Below are positions 11,559 to 22,790 of a stretch of DNA of 64,000 nt, piece by piece. The translations under genes and the position numbers were made by a program. Where the stretch lies: contig JAHLWZ010000346.1 of NCBI GenBank assembly GCA_020536535.1, positions 17,872 through 81,871 of the forward strand. The letters are read 5' to 3'. This stretch comes from Pelomyxa schiedti (lineage: Eukaryota > Protista > Evosea). The notes beneath the pieces are model-generated. The model was not told the origin of the DNA, did not search any database, and was given only the letters and a program-made list of their open reading frames with translations. Every line of letters begins with the position of its first letter. Within the stretch, counting starts at the first letter, position 1.

Positions 11559-14500
11559 TCAGGCACTCGTGGGCTTCGCGGAGGTGCCCTGATGCAATAA
11601 ATCATCAAGCGAGACTGACAGAGCTACGCCGAGGGCAGAGAACGTGTGTGGGGATATTGACTTGGTGGCCAGTTGGTTCTGCAGCCGCGCGGAAAGCAGG
11701 CCCAAGAGGTACGAGTGCGTGGATAGCGGAATGGACGACGTGAGTGATTTCAGGAGCAGCGCGATTGCGGACGACGGTATGAGGTCGATGGAAGAAGCGC
11801 GAGTGAGTAGATAGTGTAAGACCGCGTGCTTGCCGCTTTCGTCGATGTTGAGTACGAGGTGAGACAGGAGGCTGTGGAGAAGTGGCTCCGTGCCTTGGAG
11901 CGAAGGAGCTTGCTGGTTGAGGATTGCTTCTGTTGTGTAGAGGCACACATCTGCGGAAAAGCCTGGTTGGCCTGTTGACAAGGACTTAACCATGTCAACC
12001 CATGCCTCAAGGGATTTATTCCTGAAGGGGCCTGGTGAAGATGCGATCGGGCATAGAGATTTACAAATGTTGAGTACTACTGTGCAATACTTTTCTTCGT
12101 TGTTCCCATAAGCGGACTTTAATATTTGCCCAGTGGATTTTAGCATTGTGGGAAAATGACTGCTTCCTGAATGGAAGGTATCACTAAGGGTGATAATTAA
12201 TTCGGATTCCAGGAGTGGGGTGTAGCACTGGGGATATAGAGGAAGAAGCCTTTCTAGCATCAATAGTGCGCTTTCCTGAGAAATCAAATCCTTCCCTGCA
12301 AGGTCGCTAAGTAGTTCTTGGGTGATAAACCTTTCTACTTCTTCGGCAGATAGCATGTGGCAGCGCACACAAGCAGCTGCAGCACGTGTCATAGGTCTCC
12401 CACTGTGATGCATTTCAATAACGTGTTGTCTTAGTTTTTGGAGAGTAAGCTTCCCGATTGAATTGTGGGGAAGCTGTAATAACTCTAGCATGAGCATCAA
12501 GGCCTGTGATTGTCGTTGGTCATCGAAAATATTCAGACCAGTTTCAAGAGATATGGTAAGAGCACTACCCTTGGATGTGAATGGGGTGATGTACCCCAAT
12601 AGAGCACAAAAGAGTTTTATCTCAAGTTGTTTGTTGACTAATGAACCACATTCATGTATAATTTCCGAAAGTGGGCCAAGAGGCTCGTTTAAAAGCGTAT
12701 CAACAACTTGGTTGAGAAGAACTGAATTCATTTGTGATTTGCTTCCTTTCACCACACTTGCAAGGGTACGAGAAAGGTGGGATCTTATGCTACTTGTTGT
12801 AGTGGTCTTGAACATATTGCGCAGTTTACAAAGAATGTATTCGAGGACAGGGAGAGCACAGACCTCAGACACTTGTTGCAGCGCCCATTGAGCGAGACTC
12901 ACATCTGGTGACTGTTTCTTGTGAGGAGTACTCCAAATTCCAGTGCCTGGTATAAAAGAGAAAATCCAATGAAGAAAACGGACTGTCTCTGTTTTCCGCA
13001 AAGATTCGTCCGTTTGGAGAAATTTGAGAAGGGTTTTAGTGGTTTCCTTCGTTCCTGTAGGACCCATATTTCGTTCTCCAATGAGAAAGTGCAACGCACT
13101 AGTTCGTTCTTTATGAGACAAATCCAACTTCCTGTAAGCCTTGATTCCTGCCGAGAAAATAATGGCAGATGAAGAGCTCAAGGCATGTCTGTGCTCTTCC
13201 TTTGTAAGTGCGTTGGTAGATACGAGAAGTAGGATGGCCTGGGCAAGGAAATTTTCATTATTCAAGTCACAGTCATGAAGGGAGGTGTGCAGGGTCTTGG
13301 ATATTTCCTCTTTGACAAGTGCCGGTTGCTGCTTCAGAATCTTTCGTGCCGTTGAGCCTTTACAAAGTCCACTGAAAAGGAGATCTTTAAAAATAGAACC
13401 CGTAATCAAGCTGGGATGTCCCCTCAAAACGTTCATTAAAGTAAAACCAATTTCCTTCTGGTATGAATTGCCGGCTATTTGTTGTAGTAATTCTTTTTGC
13501 AACAGCGCACTGGCCATGGTGTGCAACGTTTTATATTTGAAGACTATTTCATCCAAATCCTTGTATGAAAGATGGCTGAACTGAAAAGTCTGTAGAACCG
13601 GCAAAAAGGACTGGTTTATGAGGTTACGGAAATCACCGTTGTTGCCATCAGAAAATAAAGATGTCAACATCTCTGTGTAGCGCTGCAGCCAAAACCCTAC
13701 TGAGTTGAACTGGTAATGGTGCACTAATATGGGGTTCAAAGCGGGAATAGAGCATTTGCTCAAATTTAGTGCATCACATTTGGAGATAAGAAATTTTTGA
13801 ATTTTCGGGAAACCAGACCCACCAAGGGGAGCTTCCAAAATGAGTGTGCTTAGCTGGCAACAATTCTTAATCTCCAGTGCCATCAAATTGTCTCCAAGTG
13901 ACAAAGAGAGTTCCCCAAGGCCCTGACAGTTGTTTACAAATAAAACTTGCAGGTGAGGCACTTGTGCCTGGAAATAGAGCATATCGCACCGATCTAAGCA
14001 CAACGTATGCAAGTTACTGAACTTCAAATCGAGGGCATGAATCTCACAGGAATATAGCCCTAGAGTAAGTAAATTTCCAGAGGATCTTTCTAGAAGATGT
14101 TCAAACAGGACACCGGAGGACTCCATTACTCCATGCAAGGCAAGAGCAGAGAATGTATCTTTACTCTTAATGCATTCCTCAAAAACATCCTCCCCAAACT
14201 TCCCTAGTTGGGAAAAATTGAGGTGGGAGATTACTTCTTGCCGGAGGGAGGAAGAAGCCCCAGTGAAAGAGTTTAGTTGCTTGTCTTGTTGCACTGTCGT
14301 AAGAATGTTTAGAAATTGCTGATATACCGGCCTATAGTTTGATATGATGCCATATAAGTAGTTAACATTGTTTGACTGGGTGCCAGAGCGGGATTCTGCC
14401 GCCATAGGAAGGAGACAAGAGCCGTGCTTTACATCAGGAAAAAATCCAGACCCAACAGATTTGAGTAATTCTTCATGTGTCCACTGTTTTGCAATTGGCA

Positions 14501-17500
14501 AATTCAAAAAATGTTGAAGGATAAGAAATCTCTCCAGCAGTTGGATGACATCGGTCTGCAAGTCAGGTTCCCTGGTGAAGTGACCACCAACCAGCTGCTG
14601 AATATGTTGGACGTTTATCTGAACGGTTTTCAGCCAAGAAGAGAGTGTAAGATGTGGGTCTAACTCCAAGAAGGCGGTAACAGCGTGAAAATCGATTTTT
14701 TCCTTCATTTGCGGCATTTTTAGCAGAACGCTGCTAATAGTGGAGCTTTCTTCATTGATGCCAGTACTATCAACAACGGGGAGCCAGCCATTCCCCGTGA
14801 TAATATTGTCAAACGTATCACTCAGGGGGTGGAGTAGAAAGGATTCAATAACCCGCCACGTGAAGGTTTTTGGAGTTAAATCAGACTGATCAAGAGCCAT
14901 TATCATTAAGGCGAGATAGGGGTCATTCGGCTTGTTGGGGTGAGTGATTTTCGTGAGAGTGCTTACTTGGGGATCACCACTAAGAAGGCACCGCAAGTCA
15001 TCAAAATAGTAACGCCTGAATAGTTGGTTGGGAGGAGTAACACAGTAGGCTGCCACTTTGTTATTGTCCCGTAAAATTCTGCATGGAGTGTTTGAGGGTT
15101 TAAGAGACCCGTCTGCGTTAAATAAAACGGAGGCACAATCTTGCTTCAAGGGTGCAAGAACCAGTCGGCTCGAGTCATCTAACCACGAAATGCTAATACT
15201 TCCAAACTGAAGAGGAGACAGAGCACAAAACGAATGGAGCTGGTTCTGCCACTGGGTGCGTATTGTTGTAGAAGGAATATGCTGTCCGCTTGAGCTGATA
15301 GGAATACTTTCAAGCCAGTAACGAATTTCAGGAGAACGTGATTGATGCAAAAACTCCTCTACGAGAATATTCCTATACCTCCAATCGAGCTTCCAGTAGA
15401 AGGTTTCGCAGAGAGAAGAACTGACTTCCTTAGTGGCAAATAGATCACACAAAGATGAAAAGGTCCTTTTTACCCACTCGTTGCTGGGAACAAATGAAGG
15501 TTCAGTAGAAACCAGCATAGAGTCGAGAAGAAGTTCAAGAGATAAGTAAGTGAGAGAAAGCCTACTAGAAAAGGGCACTCCAAGGGAAGAAACTTCAGGG
15601 TCAATTTGGTGAGCTTTTCTAAAGAAGACCATTGCTTCATTTTTTCTTTGCGTGAAGTTGTAGCTGGACAGAGCTGTATTGAGGAATAATTCAGCATCAG
15701 GAAGATTTAGTTGGATTCCTAAGGCCATTTTATAGTGAAAAATGGCTTTTTCCCATTCAGAGGAAGAAAAGAAATTGTCTCCACGTGCTTTGAAGTATGA
15801 GTACATCTGAGCAGGAAGAATAGAGGTAGATTGAAGCCCCTTCCCTTCATTGTCAACTTCTAAAAGGAGCTTCTCGATAGCTTGTGCAACTGCGCCAGTT
15901 TTATCCAGTTCCAATTGTTTACAACAGACTTGGAACAGTTTAGAGAGGCTCGCTCGGTACCGAGCAGGATCCTTTGCAACCTGGAGCACAAAATGGAATT
16001 CATCCAAGGCTTGTAAAATAGGTAGTGGTGCACAGTCTTCTGTAAATTGGGCAGACCACTGCTTTGCTGTCGGGATACAAGTACTGCCATTGTCGCACAC
16101 AGGAGTAGAGGTATTTGACTTGTAAAAAATACAGAATTCAGGATATATTTGAGCATCTCCCAAACAGAACTCGTTGGAGGAAAAAGAGCTGTCGGGAACG
16201 AGCTTGGAAAAAGGCCCCCATGCAGAGTCGTACCCGGCAGGAATTTTATCATCCCATTTATGAGATTTCGTTTTGTCAACATAAACATTTCCCAGTACAA
16301 CTCTGCAAAGAAGTACAGCTTTTAGAGCATCGCAACTGCAATCATTCTGCAAACACTCGGGACACTGAACATATGTGGATACTTTGGAAAACGAGTCCGA
16401 ACAGTAGATACCCTTGCCCAGGGCACCATAACCAGTAAACCAGTTGTACTTGGAGAAATTCGCATTGAACCCCGTCTTGGTTATTTGTTTCATAGAGAGT
16501 TGGTTGGTACCATGTAGAAGCCAGCATTCACCAATTTCTGCATTTAAAACTGGTAGTCCGTTTTCCAATGGGGCATGCCAACAAACGCCTGCAAGTGGTG
16601 TGGAAATGCCTCTCTCCTTCAGACTAGTTGCAATATTCCTTCGAGTTTCGTGGTATCTGGCCCAGAGGAGAGGATTATTGATAACTTTAATGTCATGGAT
16701 GGTAACGCTTTCTGTCTTCCCTTGGTATTGAGGCGGACTCCATACTTCTTGATAGAGGAATTGAAGAAGTGATCCATGTTCTGCAGCTTTCTTCAATCTA
16801 GCAAACTCAAATGCACCAGATTGGAAAGTCTCAGTGTCACTGGTACTATGAATCAGTTGTACAAGAATTTCCCAGAGTTTGTCACTTTTCTTAACATTGC
16901 AAGTTGTGCCTGGGGGTGAAACCCAGTCAGGTTCCTCCATCCAATTTCCTTTCGGCAACGCGAGGCAGTCACAAGTATCAGCTTTTATCCACTGCTGAAG
17001 TGCATTCTCAATTGGTGGCTGATTTTCAACTTTAATCTTGAATTCGGGATGGGGACCTGTTTAACGCAATAAGCAAAGGGGTGGGGGTTGTAGTCCCATA
17101 CCAGCAACTGAACCGAAGCCACGTAGCTGCTCCAATGTGAAACCCCTCACCTCCAGTGGAGAAGAGTTCATGGCATCACACTTCAAGAAGTCTGTTCCAC
17201 TTACAACAGCAGATTCCATACAAGCTCCTTTCAGGATTGCCAAATCCAAATGGGCTTCACATAGGTACGCACACTTAAAATCGGCTCCTTCACCACGTAT
17301 ATGAGACAAGTCAGCCTTCCACAGGTTAGAATAGTCGAAACTTGTGGAGTTCTTGATGATTGCCTCGGTGAATTTGGATTCTATCAGTGAGGCACCTGTG
17401 AAGTCGGTGTGGTCCAGAACAGCACGAGACATGACAGTGCTGTCAAGACAGGAGTTGTTGAAATGTACCCCAAAAAGTTCAGCTTTTTCGAAAGAGCACC

Positions 17501-18131
17501 CACTTAGACAAACACCGGAGAAGTCGATATTTTCAAGCTTAGCTCCGAAGAAATTGCTCAGAGAGAGCTCCACATAAACAGTTTCACTTAAAGCAGGGAA
17601 ACCACTCAAACGCAGGACATCTTCGCCACAAGTTATTGCGTTTGCATCCCCATCTCCATTCAATGAGCAAGCTCCAGTAGACACCAAAGACAGGCCAATC
17701 TTTCTCCACGCTTCATCCTGATCTCGCAAGCACAAAGTGAGCATTAAACTCAGCGCCCATTGCGACGTCCTCGCCATATCCACCAATTTGCGCCTATCAC
17801 TTTCACTCAGTTTGGTAAATGACGTCACCTCCTCAATCGCGTCGCGCTTCCCACTTTCACCATCTCTCACCAAACATGTCTTGATCAAATCTGCACAAAA
17901 CTTCTCATCGCCGGTGCACTCGTGGTGAGACAGCCGCTCAAAAAACCGAGATCTAGACAGTGCGGCCTGCCTGTTTTTCCACAGTGGTTGATATCGTGCA
18001 TCGTGAAGCCTGTTGTCGAAGTAACTACGTAACGGTGCGAAGTACTCCGCAACCAACGATTCGCCCTTTTTTTTTAAGCAAAAAAAAATTTAGCACAGAA
18101 CAATCAGTGTAAGGAAAATCAGAGATACCAT
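11559..18131 (-). CDS. ~2,150-aa multidomain protein: pentapeptide repeats - tankyrase-like PARP catalytic domain - TPR - degenerate PI3/4K-like fold - LRR - HEAT/ARM
   Basis: ORFs 17061..18056 and 11559..16958 join in frame across a 45-nt GT-AG intron (17057-17101). ATG at 18131-18129 is followed by intron 18066-18128. PARP motifs WLLHGT, GALGKGIY..D...K..TY, LLCRVVLG, NEF...QIYPEF.I.Y. Pentapeptide repeats A(K/D)L.. at ~17170-17560. Confidence 0.85.
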
Positions 18132-18763
18132 CTCTGTGGGTGTTGTGTTATTTGGTTTTTTTTTAATTAATTAATTCCTGGGACCTATCTGTGTCTACTG
18201 GGGGAAAAAAAAAGCTCCATAGACCCCACACACGCCAAAATTTTGTTTGGGGATTATTCGGGTGCAACTCCGGTCTTCCGTGCTTCTTTGAATTTCCAAT
18301 TTGTATCCCAGATCCGGACACCCAATGGATCTGGAGTTTTTGGTCTGGAAGCTCACCACCATGTGTGAGGTGTTGTTTTCATCAGCCGCAAACGAGTACC
18401 AGCAGTGGCTGGAGGACTCACATGTGGATTGACATCCCAGACTCAGAACTACTATGGTTGGAGGGGTTGACATCTCTTCCCTGATCTCCCCGAGTTGATT
18501 ATTACGGAGCTGCCGCGAATGGACAATCTTCCATGGACGGGTGGATAATATAGATCCAGCCTAAAAACATTCTGTGGAGAGCAGCAGACACAGCGAATGA
18601 ACCCCTGTCCATCGTACTAACAAGGCTGATATCCCAAAATGGCAGTAAACAGTTTTAAAAGAATTGCAATCCCCAAAAAACAGAAGAAACAAAAAAACCG
18701 ACCTATCTCTATCCAACACACCACAACAACTACGATTCCACAGGCGATAACAATACCAACAAA

Positions 18764-20371
18764 ATGGGCATTGTAACGGTAATTATAGGCCTTTTGTACA
18801 TCGGCAGTACTGAGGATGCCAACGCCGAAAAACAAACACACCAGTGCAATCCGCAGAGATACCTCTCCGTCGGAGCATCGTCTTCTCCTTCCTCTTCTTC
18901 CCACCCTCACAAGAGAAGAAATTCAGGCTCACCAACGTCGTCTTCACCAGAAGGGCCAGAGTCACACCAAATTCTGCTCCCAGCCCCAACCACTTCCAGT
19001 TTTATTGACACAAAATCCTCCAGGGAAACAGTGCCCATTCCCAAAATCGTTCTCCCTCCTCCCAGTAATTCCGGGTCTCAGTCGCCTTCTCAGCCCAGGA
19101 CCCCAAGGTTGATGAAACTAAACAACAATTTGGGCGGCAGTTGTCCCACAATCAACCGCGTGGGCGGTGCCTTTCTCAACCCCGAGAGTTGGGGCTCGCC
19201 GACGACCTCGCCGCTTTCGTCTCCCTTGCTTTCCTGCTCCCCGCCCTCGCCAAATGCCTTGTTCTCATTGGGGAATTCGCCCAAGCTGTCGGCTTCCGCT
19301 CTTCCTCCCCTCGTTTCCGCCGATTCCACGTCGTCTCATTCCACCTCCCCGTCGCCTTCCACTTACTCCTCCTCGTTTTCATGTTCGCCCACCTCGACTT
19401 CCTCGTCTGTGGCCTTGCCGCCTTCCGCTGCCAGCCCCCCCAACTTGCTGTTCGAAGCCCTGCAGGAGTGCTTCAACTACATTGATTATGGGAACGCTCC
19501 GCGAAGCTGCCCCGAGCGAGGCCGCACCAGGTCTTTGTCACAGCCAAGGGCCGAGACAGGGACCCCCACCCGCCCAGCTGGAACACTTGTTCATTGTTCT
19601 ACTGGAACCATTCACTCAGTGGTTGTGGCTCTTGGGTATCTCGTTGCTGTTCGCCACTATGACTTACGCGCAGCTGCCATGCATATCCTTTACGGAGGGA
19701 TAAAACCTCAGATTCCAGTTTCGTACTTGTATCAGGTAGATACATGAGTTTTACCATAAATACAAGTTTCGTAAAACATGTATTAACCATAAATACAAAT
19801 TTCGTAAAATCTGAGGCCAAACCAACTACAGTTGCTCGATCTTGAGAAACGCACGCTCCGTAAGAACTCAACCACAATTACATGGCTCCGTGAATATTTC
19901 TGTCAGAGCTATCAAGAGCTCCCCCCAATCCACGCCTCACTCCGCCCCGCATGCACCACCACCGCCATTCACTCAGAGGAATCCCATAAACAGGACTCCT
20001 CTCCACTAAGCTCCCCTCCCATATTCCCATCACCCGGCTCAGCCTTCTCCATTCCCTGCCCCTCTCCATTCCACCTCCCCCCCCTCAGCCCCTCGTCCTC
20101 CACAACCACTACCCCCACTTCCTCCCCCCTCAACACTTACAGGAAAGGCAAGAAGATTCCCACCCTCCCGGCTCTGGGAGGATGCCTAGCTCCTGGCGGG
20201 GACTCCTATAGGCCCCCTACTCCTCATCCTAACCAAATGACCCAAATCCAACAACTGTCTCTACTTATGCTAGCTACTGGGAGCTCACCTACCAGCACTA
20301 CTACAACTCCTTCCAGGAATGGTAACACACCCTCTCCGCTTTTGCAGCTGGGGAATCTTAGTGGATTTTGA
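18764..20371 (+). CDS. Dual-specificity phosphatase-fold protein, probable pseudophosphatase, with large Ser/Pro-rich insertion
   Basis: N-terminal IIGLLYIGSTEDAN; NLL..L.ECFNYID; P-loop TLVHCSTGTIHS..VALGYL; C-terminal PQIPVSYLYQ|LLDLEK across intron 19736-19831, matching DSP PNxGFxxQLxxxE. Confidence 0.7.
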
Positions 20372-20638
20372 CTTCCTAGAACCTGAGCTTGACTGGCTTT
20401 GGGGCTACTAGCCAATCCCTACAGCACAGTCACCAAAGTTTTGGTTGTTTTTGTGTATTTTTTTCCTACTAATAAAGAGAATTCTATCGGCAAATTGTAT
20501 TTGTTTTTTTTTGTTGCTCGGTTGTTTGCAATTTTAATTGTGAACAACTTGCACACAAGAAGGAAGCCTTCTGGGTGAGGGGGTTCTACAGTAGTCAAGG
20601 ATATAAGCAAAATACTATGGTTCAGCTGGCAGTTATGC

Positions 20639-21419
20639 TCACTCTGCCTCGACAGGGGTCTTCCTCTTGGCAACTTTGACTTTCTGCCTGATAGCGGTTT
20701 TTGGTACAGTTGCCGGTGGTGTGAAGAAGGATGACGGGGTGAGTTCCTCAGAAGGTGGAGTGAAGGAGTGCGCAATTGCAAGGGCTCGTGCGACTCTCTT
20801 CTGTTTTTCGGCTTCTCTTTCAGCTGCCTCGCGTTCTTCGCGCATTTTGATAAGAGGCACATCTGGAGGAAGGAGAAGGTGCTCATGCTTTTTAATTTCT
20901 GCAAGAATAGCTGGTTTTTTTATTCTGGCCGCATCTGCCATTCTATCGATAAAGTTAGTGAGGTTGCAAGAATAAAGGTGCTCAGTGCACGCACCGCTTT
21001 TCATAGAAAGCTTGTTCTCGCCTCTCCTTAATGGCTTGTATCCTCCGCATAGCAAGCAGAGTTTTTGCAAAAAGTTCTCGATTGTATTTAACCGGTCTAT
21101 TTCTTACTTTCTCAAACTCGAAAGTTGTATCCTATTCCAGCATTAATGAATGATTTTTATCAACCCAAACAAAACAAACCAAAACACTACAAAAAATTTA
21201 GTCCAGTTAGATGGACAACAAATTACCATTGACATCTTTGTTGTGGGACTTGCGGTAGGCCTTTGTCCAGGGTCTGTTGAGTGGGTTGTGCCTCATGTGG
21301 AAGTGCTTCCTGCACTTGCTGGCACAAAACCGGAACACCTTCGCGTCGTTGCGCACAAACACTGACCCGTGCCCTGGGTATATCGGGCACCCGCAGAAAA
21401 AGCACTTCTCAATACGCAT
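20639..21419 (-). CDS. RLP24: Ribosome biogenesis protein RLP24 / RSL24D1 (L24e-like)
   Basis: [40 protein letters not shown]...PWTKAYRK; second exon [29 protein letters not shown]; charged C-terminal tail. Confidence 0.9.
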
Positions 21420-21430
21420 CCCTTACTTCC

Positions 21431-22676
21431 TTAGCTCGTTAGGTTTTTCGCGTTCCCAACCAACAACTTTCGCCCCGCGTGGCCTCGCGTGCTGTGGTAC
21501 CGAAATGAGATTAATATTGGGAACCGTGCAACTGCAGGTTTGATTAAAAAATTTTTTTTCCTTTCGCGCGTATTTGCGTAAAAGGGTCTTTGATTAATCA
21601 AAGACGGTGAGCTGGGTGGATTCTGGGGTTGTAGTGTGGGAGGGAGTGATGAGGTGAGAGAGGGACTGGCGTATTGGTGTTGGTAGCTCTCTTTTTGGCT
21701 TCGGGGTGAATGGGGTTTGGTGCTGGGAGAGGGATAGCAACGAGGGGCACTCTCTTGTAATTGGGGGCTGAGTGCACCTGTATTTTCATTTGAGAAAACG
21801 CGGCAGTGAATGGAAACATACTGGAGCCGCAGTTGGTGAATTTCGTTGGAAATTACAGAGAGCAAGTTCGCTTCTAATAGAGAATAAGAGCTTACTATTC
21901 TGTCCTCAAACTGTGTTTCAAGCTTTGTTTCAAGATTTTGTAGTTTCATGTCTGTGCACTCATCAATCTGATTTCTGGATGTGGTGTGAGGAGAGGAAGA
22001 GACGGGTGGTGCTACCTAGTTGCATCCAGTACAGTAGAAAGTTTCTCATCCAAAGTATCATCTACCAACTTGCCAATTTCGCCAATTTCCTTCATTCAGT
22101 CATAAGATATTTCTTCTTTGGTGAACACACAGGACTGCTTGTCCTTACTTTGCTCAAGTCCACATCGCGTTCATTCCTATGTACGCCTTCGAACGGAGTT
22201 GTATTCATTGTATTTTTGAGGAGTAAACAGAGACCGTATGTGTAGTGCTTCAACATGGCTCCTGCACCAACAATAAAAACGACTGGAGACACATGAGCTC
22301 TCAAGTACGTATGGTTGCATGAGAAATAATATATAGGGCAATCAAAACGCTGAAGCAGAGTGGAACAAAAATGTAGCCATGGTCGGCAATGCAACTGACA
22401 ATGCGGCAGTGTGCGGCACGCCCGAGAACACGGCGAGAAATGTAGGAAAAAAAGGCCGAAGCGCAAAACGCAGTCCATATAGTAAACACAGCACTCGCGA
22501 TGGTAGTGAGTCCCGCACCCCGCACGTGCAACCACATGAGTGATTATAAGCTGTGTTTGTGCAACAAAACCCCACGTAGATCCACATGAGGAAGCAAATC
22601 TACTTTGCCGGGCAATGATGCCACCCCGCATCCAACAGTCTTCATTTTCAAAAGACGGGTGACATCGCACAGCCAA
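21431..22676 (-). CDS. Hypothetical intron-containing protein (possible N-terminal TM segments, coiled-coil, Pro/Ser tail)
   Basis: Hydrophobic ORF pieces at 22100-22600 are linkable by GT-AG introns to coiled-coil-like exons EIGKLVDDTLDEKLSTVLDATR|NQIDECTDMKLQNLETKLETQFEDRI. No family recognised; both ends uncertain. Confidence 0.35.
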
Positions 22677-22790
22677 TCAATTTGCGCGTTTCTTGGAATT
22701 CAAGTTGAAGAGAAAAAACCACCGACGTGATGGTAGCGGATTCGGGATTTTTTCTCTCTTTTCGAAAAACCTCCGAATCGTTGTGCAACA

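Noticed and set aside
18180-18620. Short inverted repeats and small ORFs upstream of the PARP gene (possible ncRNA or extra exons)
   Set aside because: No recognisable snRNA, snoRNA or ribozyme consensus, and no protein motif.
19750-19812. ~33-bp tandem duplication (ACCATAAATACAA.TTTCGTAAAA)
   Set aside because: Two copies inside an intron; an ordinary local duplication.
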